From Pseudomonadota bacterium (lineage in GTDB: Bacteria > UBA10199 > 2-02-FULL-44-16 > JAAZCA01): a DNA stretch of 31,907 nucleotides. Position 1 is the stretch's first letter. Each line of letters starts with the position of its first letter. The notes beneath the pieces are model-generated. The model had not been told where the DNA came from. It ran no database searches and was given only the letters and a program-made list of their open reading frames with translations. A program made the position numbers and the translations under genes. Below are positions 14,616-23,306 of this stretch, piece after piece. The DNA is taken from positions 1 to 31,907 of the forward strand of contig JAZDOG010000007.1 of assembly GCA_043798915.1 (NCBI GenBank). Reading direction: 5' to 3'.

Positions 14616-16688
14616 GTGAAAAAATACGACACCGCAAACATCCGCAACATCGCGCTCGTTGGGTCCAAGGGTGTCGGGAAGACGACGTTCGTCGAGGCGG
14701 CCCTCTTCGCAGCCAAGGCGACGGTGAGACAGGGGAAGGTCGCCGATGGAAACTCAATCATCGATTACGATCCAATCGAGATCGATCGCCGACAGAGCAT
14801 CACCTCGAAAGTGACGCCGGTGGAGTGGAAGGGCGTCAAGATAAACATCATCGACACCCCAGGCTATTCCGACTTCCTTGGCGATGCCGTCGGCGCGATC
14901 GCCGTTGCGGATATCGTGGTGTTCCTCATCGATTCGATCAACGGGGTCGAGATACCGACCATGAAGCTCGACAGCTATGCCAGGAAGCACGGCAAACCCC
15001 GGGTCTATTTCATCAACAAACTGGATGCGGAGCGGGCCGACCCCGATGCGGCCCTCGCCTCGATCAAGGATAAGTGCGAGGGGGGCGCTGCCCTCTTTGA
15101 GCTGCCCGTCGGCTGCGGCACGGGCTTCAAGGGAGTGGTCGACCTCCTCAATATGCGCGCCTATATAAATGAAGGGGGCGGCTCGAAGGAGGCTGACGTC
15201 CCGGCCGATCTTACGGCAGCCGCGAAGGAGAAGCGCACGGCCCTCATGGAGGCGATCGCGGAGAGCGATGAATCCCTCCTCGAGAAATACCTCGAAACCG
15301 GCGAACTCTCCGAGCAGGAGCTCAAAAACGGCATGGCGAAGGGCATTGCCTCCGGACAGCTCTCTCCGGTATTCGTGGGTGCTTCGATGAACAATGTGGG
15401 CATCGATGCCTTCTTGAACGTCGTCGCCACAAATTTTCCAAGCCCGGCCGATATGCCGCCGGTGAAGGCGAAGCGCCCTGACGGGGCCGACGTCGAAGTG
15501 AAGGCCGATCCGAACGGCCCGTTCCTCGCTCAGGTCTTCAAGACGACCTCCGACCCGGGCATAGGTGATGTCTATTTCTTCCGCATCTATTCCGGGGGCG
15601 TGACGGCGGGCGACGACATCTATAATACGACGCAGAGTGCGGCCGAGCGGATGGGGCACCTGATCGTCATGAGAGGCAAGGAGCGGCTGGAGACAGATGC
15701 CGCCGCCGCCGGCGACATCGTGGCCGTGGCCAAGCTCAAGAGCACCTATATAAATGATACCCTCACCGTGAAGAATTCCGCGTTCTCGCTGTCCGCCATC
15801 GAATTCCCGCAGCCCGTCGTGCCCGTGGCTGTCATCCCCAAGGCCAAGAAGGATCAGGACAAGCTGGGGCTGGCGCTTTCGAAGCTCACCGAGATCGATC
15901 CCACGCTCCTGTATCACATCGACAAGGAGTTCTCGGAGACGATCGTCACCGCCATGGGCGAGATACAGATCGACGTGATGACGAAGAGGCTCCTCGAGCG
16001 CTATGGCGTCGAGATCGAACTGGGCAAGCCGCACATCCCGTACCGCGAGCGCATCACGAAGAAGGCCGAGAAGCAGGGCAAACACAAGAAACAGAGCGGC
16101 GGGCACGGGCAATATGGCGACTGCTGGCTGCGCCTTGAGCCGCTTGCGGCAGGGAAGGGCTTCGAGTTCGTCGATGCGATAGTCGGCGGTTCGATTCCGG
16201 GAAAGTATGTCCCTGCGGTGGAGAAGGGCGTTCGCGATACGATGCAGAAGGGCACGCTCGCCGGATACCCCGTGGTCGATCTGCGCGTGACGGTGTTCGA
16301 CGGATCCTATCACGATGTCGATTCTTCCGACATGGCCTTCCAGATCGCCGGCACCCTGGCCTTCAAGCTGGCGATGCCCGATGCCGGGCCGCAGCTCCTG
16401 GAGCCGATCGTCGACCTCGAGGTCTATGCGCCGCAGGACAATATGGGCGATCTCTCGAGCGACATAAGCCAGCGGCGCGGCCGCGTCACTGGAATGGACA
16501 ACGGGATCATCCATGCAAAGGTCCCGATGGCCGAGCTGTATCAATACTCGGCGAGCCTGAAATCGATCACGAGCGGCGCCGGAACATATACGATGAAGTT
16601 CTCCCACTACGAGCCCATACCCGCTCACCTCTCGCAGAAGGTGATAGACGAGAGAAAGAAAGAGCTGGAAGCGAAGAAGCAGTTATGA
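14616..16688 (+). CDS. fusA: Elongation factor G paralog (EF-G II type)
   Basis: Full EF-G architecture (KKQSGGHGQYG, DGSYHDVDSSDMAF) with divergent G motifs GSKGVGKTT, DRRQSIT, DTPGYSDF, NKLD; not flanked by rpsL/rpsG. Confidence 0.92.
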   Translation: MKKYDTANIRNIALVGSKGVGKTTFVEAALFAAKATVRQGKVADGNSIIDYDPIEIDRRQSITSKVTPVEWKGVKINIIDTPGYSDFLGDAVGAIAVADIVVFLIDSINGVEIPTMKLDSYARKHGKPRVYFINKLDAERADPDAALASIKDKCEGGAALFELPVGCGTGFKGVVDLLNMRAYINEGGGSKEADVPADLTAAAKEKRTALMEAIAESDESLLEKYLETGELSEQELKNGMAKGIASGQLSPVFVGASMNNVGIDAFLNVVATNFPSPADMPPVKAKRPDGADVEVKADPNGPFLAQVFKTTSDPGIGDVYFFRIYSGGVTAGDDIYNTTQSAAERMGHLIVMRGKERLETDAAAAGDIVAVAKLKSTYINDTLTVKNSAFSLSAIEFPQPVVPVAVIPKAKKDQDKLGLALSKLTEIDPTLLYHIDKEFSETIVTAMGEIQIDVMTKRLLERYGVEIELGKPHIPYRERITKKAEKQGKHKKQSGGHGQYGDCWLRLEPLAAGKGFEFVDAIVGGSIPGKYVPAVEKGVRDTMQKGTLAGYPVVDLRVTVFDGSYHDVDSSDMAFQIAGTLAFKLAMPDAGPQLLEPIVDLEVYAPQDNMGDLSSDISQRRGRVTGMDNGIIHAKVPMAELYQYSASLKSITSGAGTYTMKFSHYEPIPAHLSQKVIDERKKELEAKKQL

Positions 16689-16720
16689 AGCTGTCCAGCT
16701 ATTGAGCGATCGAGCAACCG
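16689..16720 (+). repeat. 8-bp degenerate tandem repeat
   Basis: AGCTGTCC AGCTATTG AGCGATCG AGCAACCG fills the fusA-rlmB gap. Confidence 0.6.
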
Positions 16721-16721
16721 A

Positions 16722-17498
16722 ATGGCCACCGAAATAGTCTATGGAATGAACCCGGTGCTGGAGCTTCTGCGCGCGCAAAAGAGGCGCTGTCATGAGGTGT
16801 TCGTCTCAGCTCTCAGAAATGAAGCGGATGCGAAGCTTGTGCGCGAGGTTGCAGAACACGCCGGAGTCACCGTAAAGTCGATCTCCAAAGAAGAGATCAA
16901 CAAAATTTCTCGCGTCGAAAAAAACCAGGGCATCGCTGCGCGCTGCGATCCATATCAGTACGCTGACCTCGAGGATATTCTGGAGACCGCGCTCAAGGAT
17001 GAGCGGAAGGGCTTCATCGTAATCCTCGACGGCATCACCGACCCCCAGAATTTGGGCTCGCTTGTGAGGACCGCCAGCCTCATGGGCGTCCATGGCCTGA
17101 TCCTGCCTCGCGATAACTCGGCTCAGGTGAACCCGACGGTCGTCAAGGCGTCGGCGGGCGCCACCGAGCATCAGGCAATTGTCCAGGTGACCAATATTTC
17201 GAGGACGATAACCTATTTGAAGGGAAAGGGTTTTTGGACTGCTGCTGCGGTCGGCGAGAGCGCCGACTCTCTTTATCTGCATGATTTTAAAGGGTATAAT
17301 CTTGCAATCGTGCTGGGCTCGGAGGGTCATGGAATCCGGCGGCTCATCCGTGAACGGTGTGATTATCTCCTCTCCATACCCATGGGAGGTCCCATAAAGT
17401 CGTATAATGTATCAGTTGCGGGGGCGCTTTTCATGGGTGAAGTGGCCCGGCAGCGCTGGGTTTCCCCGCACGCAAAATCCGTACCGGAATCGGTTTAA
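16722..17498 (+). CDS. rlmB: 23S rRNA (guanosine-2251-2'-O)-methyltransferase
   Basis: SPOUT motifs ILDGITDPQNLGSLVRTA, KASAGA, VLGSEGHGI, IPMGG..SYNVSVA; N-terminal YGMNPVLELL. Confidence 0.93.
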   Translation: MATEIVYGMNPVLELLRAQKRRCHEVFVSALRNEADAKLVREVAEHAGVTVKSISKEEINKISRVEKNQGIAARCDPYQYADLEDILETALKDERKGFIVILDGITDPQNLGSLVRTASLMGVHGLILPRDNSAQVNPTVVKASAGATEHQAIVQVTNISRTITYLKGKGFWTAAAVGESADSLYLHDFKGYNLAIVLGSEGHGIRRLIRERCDYLLSIPMGGPIKSYNVSVAGALFMGEVARQRWVSPHAKSVPESV

Positions 17499-17503
17499 AT
17501 GCC

Positions 17504-17532
17504 TTGACAATGCTGTGTTTTTCTCCTAGAAA
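17504..17532 (+). promoter_or_regulatory. Sigma70-like promoter of the tRNA-tuf operon
   Basis: Perfect TTGACA (17504-17509), 17 bp, TAGAAA (17527-17532). Confidence 0.55.
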
Positions 17533-17732
17533 TCTTCAACTTTTTCAAGGGAGAGGACGCGTTCGCCTTCGTTCCTCGTTAATTAACGAATGAGATCAAC
17601 CGGAAATGCAGTGTTCGTGCATCTTTCGGAAGGGGAGATTTTTCTGGGGTTTGCGTTCACACCGCGATGTGCGGGTGTGTGTTTGTGTCCATTTGTTCTT
17701 TGGCATCGTTGCCGTCGGCTTTTAAAAAATTT

Positions 17733-17805
17733 GCCGACGTAGCTCAGTTGGTAGAGCTGCTGATTTGTAATCAGCAGGTCGCCGGTTCGAGTCCGGCCGT
17801 CGGCT
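17733..17805 (+). tRNA. tRNA-Thr(TGT)
   Basis: Acceptor GCCGACG/CGTCGGC, anticodon arm GCTGA-TTTGTAA-TCAGC, T-loop GGTTCGAGTCC; no encoded CCA. Confidence 0.97.
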
Positions 17806-17834
17806 CAAAAATTTCGCGTTTGGCGAAATTTTCA

Positions 17835-17917
17835 GGAGAGGTTCCCGAGCGGCCAAAGGGATCAGACTGTAAATCTGACGGCATTAGCCTTCGGAGGTTC
17901 AAATCCTCCCCTCTCCA
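17835..17917 (+). tRNA. tRNA-Tyr(GTA)
   Basis: Acceptor GGAGAGG/CCTCTCC, anticodon arm TCAGA-CTGTAAA-TCTGA, long variable arm, GGTTCAAATCC. Confidence 0.97.
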
Positions 17918-17968
17918 CAATGAATATCGATCTTTCGAAGCAGATGATCATTTTGGACAGCCGACCCT

Positions 17969-18040
17969 GCGGGAGTAGCTCAGTGGTAGAGCATCAGCCT
18001 TCCAAGCTGAGGGTCGCGGGTTCGAAACCCGTCTCCCGCT
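17969..18040 (+). tRNA. tRNA-Gly(TCC)
   Basis: Acceptor GCGGGAG/CTCCCGC, anticodon arm TCAGC-CTTCCAA-GCTGA, GGTTCGAAACC. Confidence 0.97.
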
Positions 18041-18059
18041 CAGAGTGGAAAATGGGATA

Positions 18060-18181
18060 TCTGACGCAAGAAATGGCGTCAGGCAAGGCGCTCCGACGAG
18101 GCCGACTGAGGCGTACTCAGATGTACGTTGAAGGAGTGCCGAGGAGGAGCAACGCAGCATGACGGCATTTATTGCGTCAGA
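18060..18181. mobile_element. 122-bp MITE/ERIC-like palindromic element between tRNA-Gly and tRNA-Thr
   Basis: 22-bp terminal inverted repeats TCTGACGCAAGAAATGGCGTCA / TGACGGCATTTATTGCGTCAGA (2 mismatches); internal CAAGGCG, GCGTAC..GTACGT and CAACGCAG. Confidence 0.72.
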
Positions 18182-18186
18182 CCAAA

Positions 18187-18259
18187 GCCGAGGTAGCTCA
18201 GTCGGTAGAGCACATGCATGGTAAGCATGAGGTCGTGGGTTCGATTCCCATCCTCGGCT
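18187..18259 (+). tRNA. tRNA-Thr(GGT)
   Basis: Acceptor GCCGAGG/CCTCGGC, anticodon arm CATGC-ATGGTAA-GCATG, GGTTCGATTCC. Confidence 0.97.
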
Positions 18260-18413
18260 CAATGGCGGATGTCGACTGGGCTGTTCCGGTTCAGCGGCGG
18301 ATGTGAGTGCTGGTTCGGTTGTGCGGATTTTTTTCTGGTTTGCGGTGGGTTGATTCTGAAAAATAGACATTGGGGAAGATGAAAAATAACAACTGAATTT
18401 TAAGGAGGAGATT

Positions 18414-19619
18414 ATGGCAAAGGAAAAATTCGAGAGAAAGAAGCCGCACGTGAATGTGGGGACGATCGGCCATATCGATCACGGCAAGACGACACTGACC
18501 GCCGCGATAACCAAGGTATGCGCGGACAAGGGGTTGTCCAAATTCGTTCCTTATGACGAAGTGGCCAAGGCGTCTGAGTCGCAGGGCCGCCGCGACGATT
18601 CGAAGATTCTTACGATCGCGACCGCTCACGTGGAATATGAAAGCCCGAACCGCCACTATGCGCACGTCGATTGCCCTGGCCACGCCGATTACGTGAAGAA
18701 CATGATCACCGGTGCTGCGCAGATGGACGGAGCGGTTCTGGTGGTCTCCGCTGCCGACGGCCCGATGCCTCAGACGCGCGAGCACATCCTGCTCGCGAGG
18801 CAGGTCGGTGTTCCGTATATCGTCGTCTATCTGAACAAGGTCGACGTGGTCGATGATCCGGAACTCCTTGAGTTGGTCGAGCTCGAGGTGAGGGAACTGC
18901 TCAGCAAATATAATTTCCCGGGCGACAAGACGCCGATTATACGCGGCTGCGCCCTCAAGGCGATGCAGGGCGAAAAGTCCGACGTTGCAGATGGTTCAAT
19001 AATGAAGCTCCTCGAGGCGCTGGACACCTATGTCGCCGAGCCCAAGAGGATCATCGACAAGCCGTTCCTGATGCCTGTCGAAGACGTGTTCAGCATCTCC
19101 GGCCGCGGCACAGTCGTGACCGGCCGTGTCGAGCGCGGGATCGTCAAGGTCGGGCAGGAGGTCGAGATCATCGGCCTGCGCGACACGCAGAAGACGGTGG
19201 TGACCGGCGTCGAGATGTTCCGCAAGATACTGGATGAGGGCCGCGCGGGCGACAACGTCGGCCTGCTTCTGCGCGGCACGAAGCGCGAGGATGTAGAGCG
19301 CGGTCAGGTGATCGCGTTTCCAGGATCGATTACCCCGCACAAGAAGTTCAAGGGCGAGATCTACGTCCTCACCAAGGAAGAGGGCGGCCGCCATACGCCG
19401 TTTTTCAAGGGGTATCGGCCGCAGTTCTATTTCCGCACGACGGACGTGACTGGCGTGATGCAGCTGCCCGAGAACGTCGAGATGGTGATGCCCGGCGACA
19501 ACGTGTCCGTCGAGGTCGAGCTGATCACACCGATCGCGATGGAGAAGGAGCTTCGGTTTGCCGTTCGCGAAGGCGGCAGGACGGTTGGCGCCGGCGTGGT
19601 GTCGGAGGTCGTTGAATAA
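18414..19619 (+). CDS. tuf: Elongation factor Tu
   Basis: [60 protein letters not shown]. Confidence 0.99.
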   Translation: MAKEKFERKKPHVNVGTIGHIDHGKTTLTAAITKVCADKGLSKFVPYDEVAKASESQGRRDDSKILTIATAHVEYESPNRHYAHVDCPGHADYVKNMITGAAQMDGAVLVVSAADGPMPQTREHILLARQVGVPYIVVYLNKVDVVDDPELLELVELEVRELLSKYNFPGDKTPIIRGCALKAMQGEKSDVADGSIMKLLEALDTYVAEPKRIIDKPFLMPVEDVFSISGRGTVVTGRVERGIVKVGQEVEIIGLRDTQKTVVTGVEMFRKILDEGRAGDNVGLLLRGTKREDVERGQVIAFPGSITPHKKFKGEIYVLTKEEGGRHTPFFKGYRPQFYFRTTDVTGVMQLPENVEMVMPGDNVSVEVELITPIAMEKELRFAVREGGRTVGAGVVSEVVE

Positions 19620-19651
19620 ACCAGCTGTCAGCTTAAGAGCGGAGTATTTTT

Positions 19652-19801
19652 ATGAGAACCATAATCCAACTTGCCTGCCAGGACTGCAAACGGCGCAACT
19701 ACTCGACGACCAAGAACAAGCAGAAGACGCCCGATCGTCTCGAGTTCAAGAAGTATTGCCGGTTCTGCAGGAAGCACACGGTGCACAAGGAGACGAAATA
19801 A
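19652..19801 (+). CDS. rpmG: 50S ribosomal protein L33 (zinc-binding C+ form)
   Basis: Hand translation [49 protein letters not shown] (49 aa, below the ORF-track cutoff). Confidence 0.97.
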   Translation: MRTIIQLACQDCKRRNYSTTKNKQKTPDRLEFKKYCRFCRKHTVHKETK

Positions 19802-19816
19802 TTTTTTATTATGGTT

Positions 19817-19889
19817 AGGGGAGTAGCTCAATTGGCAGAGCACCGGTCTCCAAAACCGGGGGTTGCAGGTTCGATTCCTGTCTCCCCTG
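19817..19889 (+). tRNA. tRNA-Trp(CCA)
   Basis: Acceptor AGGGGAG/CTCCCCT, anticodon arm CCGGT-CTCCAAA-ACCGG, GGTTCGATTCC; canonical position between rpmG and secE. Confidence 0.97.
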
Positions 19890-19954
19890 CACGCGAAGCA
19901 GGCGCAAGGCTTTGAACAGCACGGAACGATAAGGACGACAAAGAAAGGTTTGAT

Positions 19955-20329
19955 ATGCAGCGAAGCCAAAAGACGGTCAGCCTCATCTACCTGGCATGCG
20001 GCGCAATCGGCTGGCTGCTCTTCCGGGAGCTGATCTCCACCGTGTGGGTGGCGTCCGGCATCCCGATGCCGGTGGACTGGATCATTCCGCCGCCGGACAT
20101 CATCGCCGCCTGCGCAGGCATCGCCATATTCGTCGTGCTGTTCAAGAACGACAAGGTGAACGAGTTCACGAACGAGGTGATCACGGAACTCGGCAGGGTG
20201 GTGTGGCCAAACCGCAAGGAGACGGCGATGTCAACCGGCGTCGTTTCAATTCTTGTGGGGCTGTGCGCGGTCATTTTTTTCTTGTTCGATATGGCATGGG
20301 GCACTCTGGTAAAGGTTTTTTATCAGTAA
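19955..20329 (+). CDS. secE: Preprotein translocase subunit SecE (3-TM form)
   Basis: EFTNEVITELGRVVWPNRKET motif followed by a TM helix; upstream of nusG. Confidence 0.95.
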   Translation: MQRSQKTVSLIYLACGAIGWLLFRELISTVWVASGIPMPVDWIIPPPDIIAACAGIAIFVVLFKNDKVNEFTNEVITELGRVVWPNRKETAMSTGVVSILVGLCAVIFFLFDMAWGTLVKVFYQ

Positions 20330-20347
20330 AGCATGCGGGGTTTGAAA

Positions 20348-20881
20348 ATGGCGAAACACTGGTACGTCGTGCACACATATTCCGGCTACGAGCAGAAGGC
20401 GAAGAAGGCCCTCGAGGAGCGCATAAGGCAGCACGGCGTGGAGCAGTTCTTCGAGCAGGTGCTTCTTCCGCAGGAGAACGTCGTCGAGGTCAAGAAGGGC
20501 GTGAAGAAAACTACGAAGCGCCATTTTTTCCCCGGCTACGTGCTCGTGAGGATGGAGCTCAACGAGGCGACCTGGCACATCGTCAAAGGGACGCCGAAGG
20601 TCACGGGTTTTGTCGGCGGCTCGATGAATCCGCCGGTCGTGCCTGACGAAGAGGTGGCCCGCATCACGAGCCAGATCGAAGAAGGGACGCTCAAGCCCAA
20701 GCCCAAGGTCGAATTCGAGAAGGGCGAGAACGTGAGGGTCACGAGCGGTCCGTTTGCCACCTTCACCGGCATGGTCGATGAGGTGCATGAGGCGAAGGGC
20801 AAGCTCCGGGTGCTCGTGAGCATCTTCGGCCGCGCGACGCCGATCGAGCTGGATTTCACGCAGGTGGAGAAGACAACATAG
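20348..20881 (+). CDS. nusG: Transcription termination/antitermination factor NusG
   Basis: WYVVHTYSGYE, FFPGYVLV, TPKVTGFVG, KOW domain, VSIFGRATPIELDF. Confidence 0.98.
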   Translation: MAKHWYVVHTYSGYEQKAKKALEERIRQHGVEQFFEQVLLPQENVVEVKKGVKKTTKRHFFPGYVLVRMELNEATWHIVKGTPKVTGFVGGSMNPPVVPDEEVARITSQIEEGTLKPKPKVEFEKGENVRVTSGPFATFTGMVDEVHEAKGKLRVLVSIFGRATPIELDFTQVEKTT

Positions 20882-20911
20882 CTGTCAGCTGATGGCTAAG
20901 AGAGGTTTTCA

Positions 20912-21334
20912 ATGGCAAAGAAAATAATGGCCCAAGTGAAACTCCAGTGCCCGGCAGGGCAGGCAAACCCTGCACCGCCGGTGGGCCCCGCGCTCGGTCA
21001 GCACGGCGTCAACATCATGGAGTTCTGCAAGCAGTTCAACGCCAAGACGCAGAACCAGCCCGGCATGATCATTCCGGTTATCATCACGGTCTACCAGGAC
21101 CGCTCGTTCTCCTTCATCATGAAGACGCCGCCGGCCGCTGTGCTGCTCAAGAAGGCGGCGAAGATCGAGAAGGGGTCGGGCATCCCGAACAAGGTCAAGG
21201 TGGGCAAGGTCACGAAGGCGCAGATCGAAGAGATCGCAAAGATCAAGCTGCCTGACTTGAACTGCGCTGACCTTTCCGCGGCGATGCGCACGATCGAGGG
21301 CACCGCGCGGAATATGGGGATTGAAGTCGAATAG
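20912..21334 (+). CDS. rplK: 50S ribosomal protein L11
   Basis: [30 protein letters not shown]. Confidence 0.99.
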   Translation: MAKKIMAQVKLQCPAGQANPAPPVGPALGQHGVNIMEFCKQFNAKTQNQPGMIIPVIITVYQDRSFSFIMKTPPAAVLLKKAAKIEKGSGIPNKVKVGKVTKAQIEEIAKIKLPDLNCADLSAAMRTIEGTARNMGIEVE

Positions 21335-21351
21335 AGATACTGGTGCAATCA

Positions 21352-21391
21352 ACTGTTGGAGCTCCATGAGGAGCGCTGGCACAACAGGAGG
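21352..21391 (+). promoter_or_regulatory. Hairpin overlapping the rplA RBS; candidate L1 autoregulatory site
   Basis: CTGTTG...CAACAG outer stem with inner GCTCC-ATGA-GGAGC, abutting AGGAGG. Confidence 0.4.
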
Positions 21392-21396
21392 ACGAC

Positions 21397-22080
21397 ATGG
21401 CAGGCAAGAGATACAAGGCAGATCGCGGCAAGGTTGATTCGGAAAAAAAATACCCGCTGGATGAAGCCCTCAAGATACTCGAGGGCTTCGGCAAGGCCAA
21501 GTTCGATGAGACCGTCGATATCGCAGTGAGGCTGGGCATCGACCCCAAGCAGACCGATCAGGGTGTGCGTGGCGCCTGCTCGCTTCCGCACGGCATTGGC
21601 AAAAAGGTGCGCGTGGCGGTCTTCGCAAAGGGAGAGAAGATAAAAGAGGCGATTGATGCAGGCGCGGATGAGGCCGGCGCCGACGAACTCGTCGCCAGGG
21701 TCGAGGGTGGCTGGTTCGATTTCGACAAGGCCGTCGCCACGCCCGACATGATGGGAATGGTCGGCAAGCTCGGCAAGGTCCTGGGCCCGCGCGGCCTGAT
21801 GCCGAACCCGAAACTCGGCACCGTGACATTCGATGTGGCGAAGGCGGTCACTGAACAGAAGGCCGGCAAAGTCGAGTTTCGCATCGACAAGGCAGCGATC
21901 GTGCACGCTCCGGTGGGAAAGCGTTCATTCGGTGCGGCTAAGCTCAAGGACAACATAATGGCGATAATCGACGCCGTGAACAAGGCGAAGCCATCATCCG
22001 CCAAAGGAACTTATATCTGCTCCCTGGCGCTGTCGGCGACGATGACCCCGGGCATACGCATCGACACGGCAGGACTGTAG
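21397..22080 (+). CDS. rplA: 50S ribosomal protein L1
   Basis: [39 protein letters not shown]. Confidence 0.99.
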   Translation: MAGKRYKADRGKVDSEKKYPLDEALKILEGFGKAKFDETVDIAVRLGIDPKQTDQGVRGACSLPHGIGKKVRVAVFAKGEKIKEAIDAGADEAGADELVARVEGGWFDFDKAVATPDMMGMVGKLGKVLGPRGLMPNPKLGTVTFDVAKAVTEQKAGKVEFRIDKAAIVHAPVGKRSFGAAKLKDNIMAIIDAVNKAKPSSAKGTYICSLALSATMTPGIRIDTAGL

Positions 22081-22171
22081 ATTCCGCCAGGCGTCGTGCG
22101 TGATGCATCGTGCACAAAATTGTTGTTTTTATGCAATACGCACTACTCAATACGTATTTTAAGGAGGCAAT

Positions 22172-22687
22172 GTGAACAAGGAACAGAAGGCTCAAGAGGT
22201 GAAATCGCTTTCCGAATGCCTTCAGAAGGCCAAGGCTCTAATATTCGCCGGATACCGCGGGCTCAAGGTTTCCGAGATGACCGAGCTGCGCGCGAAGCTG
22301 CGCCAGAAGGAATCCTCGCTCAAGGTGGTGAAGAACCGCCTGATGAAGAGGGTCCTCAAGGACCAGGGGCTGGGTGAGCTGTCGAAGTATTTTACGAATC
22401 CCACGGCGCTCGCGTCGTCCGACACCGATCCGGTGGGCCCTGCGAAGATACTGTTCGAGTTTGCAAAGGGTCACGGCAAGTTCGAGATCAAGGGAGGCTT
22501 CCTCGACGGGGCTGCGCTCTCGCCGGCCCAGATCGAAGTGCTGGCGAAGCTGCCGTCGCGCGAAATGCTCCTGGCGAAGGCTCTGGGGTCCATGCAGGCG
22601 CCGGCTACGAATCTTGTGGGCGCCCTGGCTGCAATCCCGCGCAAGGTGCTCTACGCACTGAACGCCATAAAGGCGACAAAACAATAA
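22172..22687 (+). CDS. rplJ: 50S ribosomal protein L10
   Basis: YRGLKVSEMTELRAKLR, KVVKNRL, LAKLPSRE; RBS AAGGAGG, GTG start. Confidence 0.97.
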   Translation: MNKEQKAQEVKSLSECLQKAKALIFAGYRGLKVSEMTELRAKLRQKESSLKVVKNRLMKRVLKDQGLGELSKYFTNPTALASSDTDPVGPAKILFEFAKGHGKFEIKGGFLDGAALSPAQIEVLAKLPSREMLLAKALGSMQAPATNLVGALAAIPRKVLYALNAIKATKQ

Positions 22688-22782
22688 CATATGCACTCAA
22701 ATCCGCCGCAGGTGCGGCGGGCCCATTCGGACGGTAACGCAAAGCGGTACGGATCCGATCGGGGTGTCACAAGGAGGAAGAG

Positions 22783-23160
22783 ATGGCTACGCAAATTGGC
22801 AAGGCAGAGATCGTTGAAGCTCTGAAGGGAATGACGCTCATGGAAGTGGCCGACCTCGTGAAAGAGCTCGAGACCACATTCGGAGTCTCCGCAGCGGCGC
22901 CGATGACCGTTGCAGCAGCTCCTGCAGCGGGCGAGGCGGCGGAAGAACAGACGGAATTCACCGTCGTCCTGACCGATGTTGGCGCGAACAAGATCAACGT
23001 CATCAAGGAAGTCCGCGCGATCACGAGCCTGGGCCTCAAGGAGGCAAAGGATCTGGTCGAGGGTGCTCCCAAGGCTGTGAAGGAAGGCGTCACGAAGGAA
23101 GAGGCCGCTGATATGAAGAAGAAGCTCGAGGCCACAGGCGCCAAGGTGGAAGTGAAGTAA
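22783..23160 (+). CDS. rplL: 50S ribosomal protein L7/L12
   Basis: [38 protein letters not shown]. Confidence 0.99.
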   Translation: MATQIGKAEIVEALKGMTLMEVADLVKELETTFGVSAAAPMTVAAAPAAGEAAEEQTEFTVVLTDVGANKINVIKEVRAITSLGLKEAKDLVEGAPKAVKEGVTKEEAADMKKKLEATGAKVEVK

Positions 23161-23163
23161 TTC

Positions 23164-23281
23164 GGTGCGATCGTTCGATAGTGCGATGGCGCGATAGCAG
23201 AGTGCGATAGGGCAATATGGCGATAGTGCGATAGAGGCAAGATTTTACTATCGCACTGTTGTGCTGTTGCGCTGTCGCACC
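23164..23281. repeat. 8-bp tandem array (GTGCGATA) followed by an inverted array
   Basis: About eight GTGCGATA-like units at 23165-23233, then TATCGCAC TGTTGTGC TGTTGCGC TGTCGCAC at 23249-23280. Confidence 0.88.
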
Positions 23282-23306
23282 AATGACGTCTCTTCAAGGA
23301 GTTTTC

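Noticed and set aside
17540..17700. Named ncRNA in the tRNA operon leader
   Set aside because: Several small hairpins are present but none matches a family I recognise; treated as ordinary leader structure.
17667..18370. ORFs 17667..17978, 17920..18162 and 17948..18370
   Set aside because: They overlap four clear tRNA genes.
17733..19889. Prophage or integrative element at the tRNA genes
   Set aside because: No integrase and no downstream duplicated tRNA 3' end; canonical gene order continues.
22767..23297. Minus-strand ORF with SHYRHIAL-type repeats
   Set aside because: Translation of the octamer array plus the antisense of rplL.
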